Origin: an uncultured Candidatus Berkelbacteria bacterium
GTDB taxonomy: Bacteria > Patescibacteriota > UBA1384 > UBA12157 > JAENIV01
Length of the DNA: 64,000 nt
Assembly (NCBI GenBank): GCA_963698075.1
Contig: OY969116.1
Location: 670,131-734,130, forward strand
Reading direction: 5' to 3'
Shown here: positions 35,632 to 44,429 of the stretch, in pieces
Position numbering within the stretch: the stretch's first letter is position 1
Layout: every line of letters starts with the position of its first letter
Position numbers and translations under genes: made by a program
The notes under the pieces: model-generated
What the model saw: the letters and a program-made list of their open reading frames with translations, nothing else
Database searches by the model: none
What the model was told of the DNA's origin: nothing

Positions 35632-38074
35632 ATTTTTTCATTACTTTTTTCAAATTATCAATTAAGATCTGGGTGACGATTTTTTTGGAGTGATATTTAT
35701 AAAACCAAAACCGCCCCTCTTTGCCAATTTTTTGAGCGAGTTTTGGATTATTGAGAAGCCTGATGACCTGATGGATAACCTCGGTTTTAGAATAAGCCGA
35801 GACAAGCGGCGGTTTTTGAGGAAACATCCATTGGCAGATTTCATGTCGGTAAGAGATGATGAGCGGTTTCCCGGCCAGCATAGCCTCTGGGGCAAGCGCG
35901 CCCATGGAAGGTAAGATGAGTTGATCAATAATCACGTCCGCTTTTTGGACCCATTTGGCTAATTGATATCTTGGCAGGGGCCTGAGCCACTGGACCCGAT
36001 CTTCGACAGCCAATTTTCTGAGCAATTGTTTGCTTCGAAAAACTTCGACGCCCCAATCGCAAAAAACAAACTTAAGGGGCCAGTGACTTTTTTTGATGAT
36101 CTCGGGGATGGCTTTAATAAAGAGATCCGTCCCTTTAATTTTCCAGTCATGTCGAGCCGGGGAAAAAATAATTTTTTCTGAGTGGGGACAATTGTTGGCG
36201 ATTTTTCCAGGATGCCATTTATCCTCAACAGCATGAGGAATAGGAACATAATTAGTTAGGCCCAATTTTCTGGCAGAGGTTAAGTTATCGGAATTAGAGA
36301 TAAAGACTAAATCCGCCTTGCGATAAGCCAAGGCGGTTAAACGTCCCCGCGGTGAATTTTCAAAAGGTATTTCTCGAAGTGTCCCAATTTCATAAGCAAC
36401 GTAGGGGTGAAAATTGGTCAATAAAGGATAAATCGCGTCAGTGGTGTAACCAAAAATAAGATCATATTTTTTAAAGATTTTTTTAAAGATCTTTATTTGG
36501 AAAAGAAAAAAGCAGATGTCATTAAGAGTCAGCTGGTCTTTTCTTTGGGGAAAAATTTTTTTGAATTCGACCACCAAACTCTCAAAATATTTTTCTTCAT
36601 GTTTATCTATGGAAAATCTGGCTTTAGATGTAATTCTTTCGAAAAACAGATTAATCTTCCGGTTAAGCTTTTTTCTTATCATAAGATATCTTTTTTTCCC
36701 TTTGGGAAACCGTTTAAAAAACCCGGTGTTTAAACCAATAAGAAAAAGCTCGAGCTTTTTCAAACCGACCCACGGATAGATGATTACGTTCAGCCCAAAA
36801 AAGCCGATATTAAACCCTCTGTTGAAGGTCCAATCCAGCCAAAACAAAAATTTATTGAGACCAAATTTTTTATTGCCAATCTTCTGGAGCGGCCCCTGCA
36901 TAAACCAAGAAGGACGTTTAAAACCGTGGAGATTCACCCGAGACCAATCCGGAAAAAAATCATCCCCATAATCTCCCTCGATAATCGCGTCCTCCCATTC
37001 GGGCGCGCCCATTATATGATAGTAATCGTAACATAAAACATCGCTCTCGATGCCTTTTGCTCGCAAATATTTGGAGTTAAGATAGGAAATATTGGCAATA
37101 TTGCCAATATGGAGAATTTTAGGATAATTGCTGATAAAGATATTTCCTTCAGAGAGTTTCAATTCTTGAATGATGGCCTGGGCTTTAAATTCAGAATTTT
37201 TGATTCTGAATTTGTTTAAAATTAGGGAATCTGTTCCTGTGGCAACGATGATAGAATTATTTATTGCCAAAATTTGACCAGGAATCTTTCCATTTTTTTT
37301 GTTTTTGCCAATTTTAACCGGTGGCAAGATTTCAATTTCTTGATTGTTAATAATCGTTCTCGCGGCCGGATAACCGGTAAAAGTTAAGGCTCTAATAAAC
37401 CGGTCGATCTCCCCGGCGCGAGCGTGCCAGTTGATCCATCTATTTTGAGGATAGACTTGTTTATGGTAGCTTCCTTCATTTAATTTTTGAGGGATTTTTT
37501 TAATTTGACCTTTTATAATGAGTTCAAAATTTTTCACAAACATCTTTTTGGCAACTTTCACACATTTAAAATAAAGAGAATGGGCCGTGTCGCGAGAGGT
37601 AATTTTAATCAATCGCTGGTCAATAATTGGACCGGTATCAATTCCCTTATCGATTTGATGAAATGTTACCCCAATTGATTCGTCATTGGAAGCCAGCGCA
37701 TAAACTACCGGCAGACAGCCGCGATTTTTTGGTAGCTCGGCAAAATGAAAATTAAAAATTCCCAATCGAGGGATTTTAATAAAATCTTCTTTTATAATTT
37801 TGTTGTAAGAGAACGAAAAAATAATCTCCGGATTTTCTTTTTTAATGTCCTTGATAAATTTTGGCTCATTGCAGGTTTTTGGTTGCCAATATTTGATATT
37901 ATTTTTTAGACAAAAAGCTTTCAAAGATTTATACCAGGATTTGACCCAAGGATGGTCATCATGATTGCAAATTACCCCGACAATATTTTCTTTTGTTTGT
38001 ATAAGATACTCTAGAGATTCAACGGCCAAATTTTTATTTCCCATTATAATAATTTTGGGTTTAAAGTTTGTCAT
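35618..38074 (-). CDS. bifunctional protein: N-terminal sugar N-formyltransferase domain fused to 'HIGNIAN' GT4-like domain
   Basis: Residues 1-about 200 carry the Fmt/ArnA-type motif FNFHFAELPKNRGCLPVVYAL...GVTFHQIDKGIDTGPII. The remainder is paralogous to 34180-35631, including an identical C-terminal tail IVTQILIDNLKKVMKKYGQ. Confidence 0.65.
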   Translation of the reverse strand: MTNFKPKIIIMGNKNLAVESLEYLIQTKENIVGVICNHDDHPWVKSWYKSLKAFCLKNNIKYWQPKTCNEPKFIKDIKKENPEIIFSFSYNKIIKEDFIKIPRLGIFNFHFAELPKNRGCLPVVYALASNDESIGVTFHQIDKGIDTGPIIDQRLIKITSRDTAHSLYFKCVKVAKKMFVKNFELIIKGQIKKIPQKLNEGSYHKQVYPQNRWINWHARAGEIDRFIRALTFTGYPAARTIINNQEIEILPPVKIGKNKKNGKIPGQILAINNSIIVATGTDSLILNKFRIKNSEFKAQAIIQELKLSEGNIFISNYPKILHIGNIANISYLNSKYLRAKGIESDVLCYDYYHIMGAPEWEDAIIEGDYGDDFFPDWSRVNLHGFKRPSWFMQGPLQKIGNKKFGLNKFLFWLDWTFNRGFNIGFFGLNVIIYPWVGLKKLELFLIGLNTGFFKRFPKGKKRYLMIRKKLNRKINLFFERITSKARFSIDKHEEKYFESLVVEFKKIFPQRKDQLTLNDICFFLFQIKIFKKIFKKYDLIFGYTTDAIYPLLTNFHPYVAYEIGTLREIPFENSPRGRLTALAYRKADLVFISNSDNLTSARKLGLTNYVPIPHAVEDKWHPGKIANNCPHSEKIIFSPARHDWKIKGTDLFIKAIPEIIKKSHWPLKFVFCDWGVEVFRSKQLLRKLAVEDRVQWLRPLPRYQLAKWVQKADVIIDQLILPSMGALAPEAMLAGKPLIISYRHEICQWMFPQKPPLVSAYSKTEVIHQVIRLLNNPKLAQKIGKEGRFWFYKYHSKKIVTQILIDNLKKVMKKYGQF

Positions 38075-39404
38075 AAATTTTAATTAATTTTTCGGTAACT
38101 ACTTTTTGACTATGATATTGAGATATCCATTTTTGAGATTTTCGTCCGTATCTCGAGGCTACTTTTCGGTTATTGACTAATTTGGCTAAATTGGTAGCGA
38201 TTTCCTCACTCGTTTTTGCCAAAATTACCGGCGGCATTTCTTTAAAAGCCCATTGGTATAAATCTTTATCAAACCACATCATCAGCGGTTTAGCTGCTGC
38301 CATTGCCTCCGCGGCGACCGTGCCAAAATAACCTTTGAATTGATCCAAAATAACCTCAGAATTTTTGTAATGTTCAACCAGTAAATTCTTTTTTAAGGGC
38401 GGAGTCCAGATAACCTTTTGAGCAATTTTTAATTTATTTATCAAGCGCTTGCTTTTTCTAACCTCTTGGCCCCATTGGCAAAGAATCAGTTTAGCTTGAA
38501 GGTGAGGCTTGTTTTTAATAAAACGATTGAAACCCTTGATAACCAAGTCATTACCCTTAATCTGCCAATTCTGTCTCGACGGCGAAAAAAATAAAATTTT
38601 TGCTTGATATTTCTTTTTTAGATTTAAACGCGGTTGATAATTAAAAATTTTTTGTTCATCCAAGGGATGAGCGAGATAAGTAAAATTTTCCAGTCCCATT
38701 TTTTTGGCGCCTAAAATGTTATCGGGGTTGGTGATAATCACCTTATCGGCCAAACGATAAGCTAGGGCTGTCAGGCGTCCTTGCGGATTGTTTTCAAAAG
38801 GGGTGTCTCGAATGGTCCCAATTTCAAAAGCAATATATGGTCTTTGACCAGCCAAAAGAGCGTAAATTGGTTCAATCCCATAGCTCTGAATTAGATCGTA
38901 ATTAGAAAAAATTTTTTTCAGCAGCCTGACATGGGGAACATAGGGGATAATATCTTCCATCATTAATCTATCTTTTCTTTTTGGAAATATCCGTCTGAAT
39001 TTAACAATTAGTTTTTTAAAATAACGATATTCTTTATAGGTCAGAGATCCATGATAAGGATTAAGATACTTAATCGTCCCGGGCCAGTAAGAGTTGATTT
39101 TAGCAACGATTTTATTGAGATTCAACCAGTCAAATTTTTTTTTATAACTATATTTTTCGGCAATCTTCTCTAACGGACCATCCATATACCACGATGGACG
39201 ACTAAATTTTTTTAAATTTCTTCGGTCATCAATTTCCCACCATTCAGGTGTCGACATAAAATGGTAAAAATCACGGGAAATAACGTCGGCCTGAATGCCT
39301 TTTTCACGCAAGAATTTGGCATTAAGATAGGCATTATTGGCAATATTACCGATATGAAGGACTCTAAATTTTTTCTTTTGGTAATTTGTTATCAATTTCA
39401 TCAA
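38061..39404 (-). CDS. divergent GT4-like glycosyltransferase, 'HIGNIAN' family member 3
   Basis: RVLHIGNIANNAYL...ADVISRDFYH. FSPSRQNWQIKGND. C-terminal TVAAEAMAAAKPLMM. Confidence 0.45.
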   Translation of the reverse strand: MMKLITNYQKKKFRVLHIGNIANNAYLNAKFLREKGIQADVISRDFYHFMSTPEWWEIDDRRNLKKFSRPSWYMDGPLEKIAEKYSYKKKFDWLNLNKIVAKINSYWPGTIKYLNPYHGSLTYKEYRYFKKLIVKFRRIFPKRKDRLMMEDIIPYVPHVRLLKKIFSNYDLIQSYGIEPIYALLAGQRPYIAFEIGTIRDTPFENNPQGRLTALAYRLADKVIITNPDNILGAKKMGLENFTYLAHPLDEQKIFNYQPRLNLKKKYQAKILFFSPSRQNWQIKGNDLVIKGFNRFIKNKPHLQAKLILCQWGQEVRKSKRLINKLKIAQKVIWTPPLKKNLLVEHYKNSEVILDQFKGYFGTVAAEAMAAAKPLMMWFDKDLYQWAFKEMPPVILAKTSEEIATNLAKLVNNRKVASRYGRKSQKWISQYHSQKVVTEKLIKIYDKL

Positions 39405-40278
39405 TTAATTTGTTTAACTTTCTAATAAAACTTAAGTTTGGTTTATTCTCGTTTTCTCTTAGATCTTCTAAGTATTTTTTAACATATTCTAAGGCCTCTT
39501 TTTTGCCATAGCCGTCTTTTTGCGCCAGGTAGAAAATCTGAACCCCTTTATAATTTTTTAAGGTTTTGTCTAAGTCGCGCAATTTCATTTGGATGGCGCG
39601 ATCATTATATTTTTTGAGATATTCTGAAAAAGTATACTTTGATTCAATTTTTTTGATCACAAAATATTTTGAGATAAGATTAGCTAAATTGTCAATTTTA
39701 AAAGATGTGTGATATTGATGAATTTTAGGTTCGACTTGGGCCTTGATCTTTAATCTTCGATTAATCATGTGAACCAAAGCCATCACGCTCCCGGTGAGCC
39801 AGCCCTGGTGGCTCAGATATTGATCTTGCTGCGGCTCGCGTCCGACGATCAGTCCATAAGGTTTGATCACGCGTCGGAGTTCAGCCAGGATGGGGTCGAT
39901 GGCCGTTTGCGGCAGATGATGCAGGACACTTGAACAAATTACAACCTTAAATTCTTCATTTTTAAAAGGTAGTTTGCGGCCATCAAGGATCCAAAAATTG
40001 CCTTTTGGAAATTTCTTTTTCGCTTCCTTAATCATTTTGGGAGAGATATCCGCCCCCACGAAAATTACTTTTTTAATCTTGGCGAACTGGTCCCACAAAA
40101 TTGCTGGACCGCAACCAAAATCAAGGACCTTATCACCTTCTTGTAATTGACCTTTGAAAAAATTAAAAAAATCTCTTATTTGGACTTTTTCCCAAAAAGT
40201 CGAGTAATATAGCTTATCATAAAGTGGCGCGATTTTATCTTCATATTCGATTTCATCTTTTTTGTAATCTTTGTACAT
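39364..40278 (-). CDS. class I SAM-dependent methyltransferase
   Basis: VLDFGCGPAILW motif I. Methyltransf_11-like. Confidence 0.7.
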   Translation of the reverse strand: MYKDYKKDEIEYEDKIAPLYDKLYYSTFWEKVQIRDFFNFFKGQLQEGDKVLDFGCGPAILWDQFAKIKKVIFVGADISPKMIKEAKKKFPKGNFWILDGRKLPFKNEEFKVVICSSVLHHLPQTAIDPILAELRRVIKPYGLIVGREPQQDQYLSHQGWLTGSVMALVHMINRRLKIKAQVEPKIHQYHTSFKIDNLANLISKYFVIKKIESKYTFSEYLKKYNDRAIQMKLRDLDKTLKNYKGVQIFYLAQKDGYGKKEALEYVKKYLEDLRENENKPNLSFIRKLNKLIDEIDNKLPKEKI

Positions 40279-40283
40279 GTTAA

Positions 40284-41543
40284 TTAATCAAGTTGGTGAT
40301 TAAAAGTCACTTCTTGATCAAACACAGTAATTAATGGTCGTTTTTTTCTAATCACCTGCATCTTGTAAGCGCGGTCGTGCAAAGAATATGGCTCGTTATG
40401 AAAAGCAGAGCCTTCTTTAGTTTTCTTCGGAAAAAAACCGATCGTTAAATAAAAATCTCCATCGCCAAGTAAAAGCGCTGGCCAAGTTATTTCGACAAAT
40501 CCCTTACCGTTAAGCTTTCCAAGATCGATCGCCTTATGAAAGGTTTCCTCTTCACCAGAGAAAAAACTGGTCGCATAAACACCATCACCTTTAGTTATTA
40601 AACAATAGACACCAGGGCTTTGAATCGGTCTAGGCGTCTGATAAGAAATTTTGACAGTTAGAGATTCGCCCTGCCAATATGAATATTTTTCAACCCCATC
40701 TTTATCGAGTAGTTTAACGTCGGTTATTTTTAACGGTCCAGAGCCAATGATTTTCTTCGTTTCTTTAGTTTTTCCAATCGTTTTGTTTTCAATTTTGAGT
40801 CTTTTGTTAACCTCTTGCATGACGCCCAATTCATATTCTTGACAGATTTCAACCGGGTCACCATCAGCTTTGATTTTACCTTTCTCGATCCAAATTGCCC
40901 GATTGCAGAGCCGTTGGACCAAAAAAGTGTTATGAGAGACAAAAAGAACAGTCGCTCCGCTCTGGCAAAGTTCAGTGATCCTTTTTATGCATTTATTGAT
41001 GAAAAAACTGTCACCGGCGGCAAGGGCTTCATCGATAATTAAAATTTGTGGCTCGATTGCCGTTGCGACTGAAAAAGTCAATCTTGTTTTCATTCCGTCA
41101 GAATAAGTTTTTAATGGTCGATCAATAAATTCTTCCAATTCGGAAAACTCAATAATTGATTGGATTTTGCGATCAATCTCTTTTTTAGACATTCCCAAAA
41201 CCATTCCACCGTTATAGATATTTTCTCGACCAGTATATTCCGGATGAAAACCAGTCCCCAATTCCAAGATGGCGGAGACTTTTCCGTTGACTTTAATCTT
41301 GCCGGAAGTTTTATCTAAAGTTCCTGACAGAATTTTAAGCAAAGTTGATTTTCCGGCGCCATTTCTACCGATTACCCCAACAACTTCACCCTTATTAATG
41401 GTGATATTAATATTTCTTAGGGCTCGAAACTCTTCGTGGAATTTTTTTCTAAATATAACTTCTTTTAAAAGATCTTTCGGTTCTCGATAGATCTTATATA
41501 CTTTTGACAAATTTTTAATCTCGATCGTGATATTACTTTTCAT
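40284..41543 (-). CDS. polysaccharide ABC exporter ATP-binding protein (Wzt/TagH-like) with C-terminal glycan-binding extension
   Basis: Walker A GRNGAGKST. Signature YSDGMKTRL. Walker B ILIIDEAL. About 170-aa extra C-terminal domain as in Wzt. Confidence 0.8.
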   Translation of the reverse strand: MKSNITIEIKNLSKVYKIYREPKDLLKEVIFRKKFHEEFRALRNINITINKGEVVGVIGRNGAGKSTLLKILSGTLDKTSGKIKVNGKVSAILELGTGFHPEYTGRENIYNGGMVLGMSKKEIDRKIQSIIEFSELEEFIDRPLKTYSDGMKTRLTFSVATAIEPQILIIDEALAAGDSFFINKCIKRITELCQSGATVLFVSHNTFLVQRLCNRAIWIEKGKIKADGDPVEICQEYELGVMQEVNKRLKIENKTIGKTKETKKIIGSGPLKITDVKLLDKDGVEKYSYWQGESLTVKISYQTPRPIQSPGVYCLITKGDGVYATSFFSGEEETFHKAIDLGKLNGKGFVEITWPALLLGDGDFYLTIGFFPKKTKEGSAFHNEPYSLHDRAYKMQVIRKKRPLITVFDQEVTFNHQLD

Positions 41544-41618
41544 GATTTTTACAAAACATTAGAAAAATGGTTTTAAAATTCTTGACTCCGATAGTATTGT
41601 CTTTAGTATTGTCTTTGT

Positions 41619-42497
41619 TCATAACGATTTACAAATTTCTTTTATCGGCTGGATATTGATCTCCTTCTTCTGGAGACTGTCCCAGCCATATTTTCGATCT
41701 GTCCAATTATCTCCAATTTTATACCAATAACTAATGCGATCGGTGTTAAAATAAGCCGTCGAATTACTTTTAATACATTTTTCTTTTGGCAAATATCCAA
41801 AATTTGGCTCAAGCGTTAAGAGATAATAATCATCATATAAATTTGGATAATTATCAATATAGTAGGGATATAAGTTCAGTTCTGAAACTGAAGGCCAGTG
41901 TTGGCCAGCAAGAATTATTGGATAATCTATAAGGTCGGCATCAATGATATGCCAATGGTTATTCCAATAAACCCCAGCAACGATGTGAGATGCTAATCCG
42001 ACCAGACGGGCTTGGTAACCATTAGCAAGTGCAATATCAACAATAAGACGGGCAATATGCCCACATCTGCCGGAGCCGATTTCCAGCAAAACAACAGGGT
42101 CAGAAACCACCGAACCATCTTCATAAAGGGGTTGTTGAAAGTTGTGGTTATACATCGTTAAATGAACCTGACGGATTATGTTTTCCCATTTTAATTCCTC
42201 ACTCTGAAAGGGGAAACTTGCTTCCCAAAAAAGTTTTCTTAAAACCGGCTGGCGAGAAACTCCGTAAAGTTCATTCTCAATACCATGAATTACTTGAAAA
42301 TCTATTGCATCTTTAGGATATTCGCCGTATTGGCTTTTCTCAAACATTTTCTCGGGTGTCTGCCAAGTTTTTGCCTTCTCTTGATATTTTGTCCACGAGG
42401 CTGTTTTAAGATATTCGGAAGTTTTAGCATCTAAATCCTGAGGAAAATAAATCAATGAATTTAATACCCAAATTATTAGAAGAATTTTGGCAGTCAT
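41619..42497 (-). CDS. secreted/membrane-anchored transglutaminase-like (Cys-His-Asp) protein
   Basis: GSGRCGHIARLIVDIALANGY...HIVAGVYWNNHWHIIDAD fits a papain-like transglutaminase core. N-terminal signal/anchor. Confidence 0.4.
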   Translation of the reverse strand: MTAKILLIIWVLNSLIYFPQDLDAKTSEYLKTASWTKYQEKAKTWQTPEKMFEKSQYGEYPKDAIDFQVIHGIENELYGVSRQPVLRKLFWEASFPFQSEELKWENIIRQVHLTMYNHNFQQPLYEDGSVVSDPVVLLEIGSGRCGHIARLIVDIALANGYQARLVGLASHIVAGVYWNNHWHIIDADLIDYPIILAGQHWPSVSELNLYPYYIDNYPNLYDDYYLLTLEPNFGYLPKEKCIKSNSTAYFNTDRISYWYKIGDNWTDRKYGWDSLQKKEINIQPIKEICKSL

Positions 42498-42505
42498 TAT
42501 TCCCC

Positions 42506-43303
42506 TTATAAAACATTGGCAAAAAATGGTTTAACTTTTCGGAAAAACTTAAAGCCAAGAATAAAAATAATTATTGACAAACTTACAAAAATAACAAAAC
42601 TCCAGGGATGATTGATCCGGCCATAAATTAAGACATCCCGGTACATATTAATAAGATGGGTCATCGGATTAAGTAAGAAAGGCCAACGAAAGGCCGAAGG
42701 AATCGAATTTTCAAGATAGAGCACCGGTGTGACAAACATCCCGATTAAAAGAATAATAGTCACGATTTCTTTCAGATCGCGCAAATAAACTGCCAGGGCC
42801 GCCAAAATCCAACCAAGGCCAACAGAAAAAATAAAATGAATGAGGATGATTAAGGGCAAAAGGGCATAGGTCCAACTAAGATGGTTGGGCAAGGCCAAGA
42901 TAACAATAATGACAAAAATGGTAAGACCAATAAACAGAGTCAGGAAGCTAGTCAAAATACCATTAATTGGTAAAATATCGATGGGGAAAATTACCTGTTT
43001 GACTAAATTGGCATTGCTGACAATGGAATTGGTGCTTTTTACTAATCCTTCTTGCATCACAATCCAAGGTATCAGCCCGGCAATGGCATAAAGAGCGTAT
43101 TCTAGGGGAGTGGCGCCTTGGCCGATTCTCACTTGAAAAATAAAAGTAAAAATGAGAGTATAAATTCCTACCAAGAAAAGTGGGTAAAAAAGAGCCCAAA
43201 ATAATCCCAAGGCCGAACCGGCGTATCGGTCAGTCAATTCTTTGTAGGACATTCTCATGATGAGAGCTCGGTTTTTCCAAAAAATTTCGAAAACTTTCGG
43301 CAA
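42506..43303 (-). CDS. ABC-2 type polysaccharide exporter permease (Wzm-like)
   Basis: Six TM helices. Size 265 aa. Adjacent to the Wzt-like ATPase. Confidence 0.75.
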   Translation of the reverse strand: MPKVFEIFWKNRALIMRMSYKELTDRYAGSALGLFWALFYPLFLVGIYTLIFTFIFQVRIGQGATPLEYALYAIAGLIPWIVMQEGLVKSTNSIVSNANLVKQVIFPIDILPINGILTSFLTLFIGLTIFVIIVILALPNHLSWTYALLPLIILIHFIFSVGLGWILAALAVYLRDLKEIVTIILLIGMFVTPVLYLENSIPSAFRWPFLLNPMTHLINMYRDVLIYGRINHPWSFVIFVSLSIIIFILGFKFFRKVKPFFANVL

Positions 43304-43366
43304 AGTATTTTCTCCTTAGCTTCTCATATTATCATAAAAACTAAATAAGTTTAATTTGTCAATCCA

Positions 43367-44419
43367 ATGAGTTTCTGTTTTAATAAGAGAATTCTTCATT
43401 GCCCTTATAATTTCGCCAATAATTGGTGGATTCTTTCTCGAGCGGAGCGAAAGTTAGGAATAAAAAGTGATCTTGCTGTATTTGATTGCCATTATTTTTA
43501 CCCGAATTTCGATTTAAATCTGAAAATACCTGGTGTGAGCGTTCCAAATGAGGTAAAACGATGGTGGTTTTTTCGTAAAGCTTTAAAGGAATATGATGTC
43601 TTTCACTTTAATTTCGGCCATTCTATTATCGACTATCCTTACATGAACTTAAATTTTCTTGATTTTCCCATTTTAAAAAGAATGAAAAAAAAGATCGTTA
43701 TCAGTTTTCAGGGTAATGATGCCAGACAGAAAGATATTTATATGAAAAAGTTCGGTCAGAAAGAGATTTTCGCACCATATACTTTATCTGATAAATATTA
43801 TGATTATATTAAAAGAAACCGAATAAAAAAAATTGCCAAATATGCTGATTTTATTTTTGCACTAAACCCAGATATTATGCATGTTCTCCCAAGGAAAACT
43901 CAGTTTTTACCATATGCTGTAAATGATTTTGCGAATAAAACAATTAAAAAAAAACAGAGTCGGAAAATTACAATTGTTCACGCGCCCTCAGACCGCCGAA
44001 TTAAAGGTACAGCTATCGTTGTTCAGATTGTCGAGAAATTGGCAAAAAAATACCCGATCGATTTTAAACTTGTTGAAAATGTCATACATGCTAAAGCCAT
44101 GAAAATTTATAGTCAGGCAGATATTGCTGTTGACCAGCTTTATCTTGGCTGGTATGGAGGGTTCGCGGCTGAATTAATGATGCAAGGCGTGCCTACAGTT
44201 TCTTATTTACGTGAAGAAGATTTGGAGAAATTTATTCCATTTCGAAAAGAGATTCCAATCGTCAATGCCAATCCAGATAATTTATCGGAAGTTTTAGTTA
44301 ATTTGATTGAGAACCCTTCCTTAAGAAAAAAAATTGGATATTTGTCTAAACTTTATGCCCGGAAATATCACGCCCCCATAAAAATTGCTCGAAAAATGCA
44401 AAAAATTTATTCAGAGTAG
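43367..44419 (+). CDS. divergent GT4-like glycosyltransferase (same superfamily as the HIGNIAN proteins)
   Basis: N-terminal ILHCPYNFANNWWILSRAERKLGIKSDLAVFDCHYF parallels ILHIGNIANIAYL...SDVLCYDYYH. HAPSDRRIKGT box. C-terminal DQLYLGWYGGFAAELMMQGVPTV. Confidence 0.4.
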   Translation: MSFCFNKRILHCPYNFANNWWILSRAERKLGIKSDLAVFDCHYFYPNFDLNLKIPGVSVPNEVKRWWFFRKALKEYDVFHFNFGHSIIDYPYMNLNFLDFPILKRMKKKIVISFQGNDARQKDIYMKKFGQKEIFAPYTLSDKYYDYIKRNRIKKIAKYADFIFALNPDIMHVLPRKTQFLPYAVNDFANKTIKKKQSRKITIVHAPSDRRIKGTAIVVQIVEKLAKKYPIDFKLVENVIHAKAMKIYSQADIAVDQLYLGWYGGFAAELMMQGVPTVSYLREEDLEKFIPFRKEIPIVNANPDNLSEVLVNLIENPSLRKKIGYLSKLYARKYHAPIKIARKMQKIYSE

Positions 44420-44429
44420 GATAAATTAA

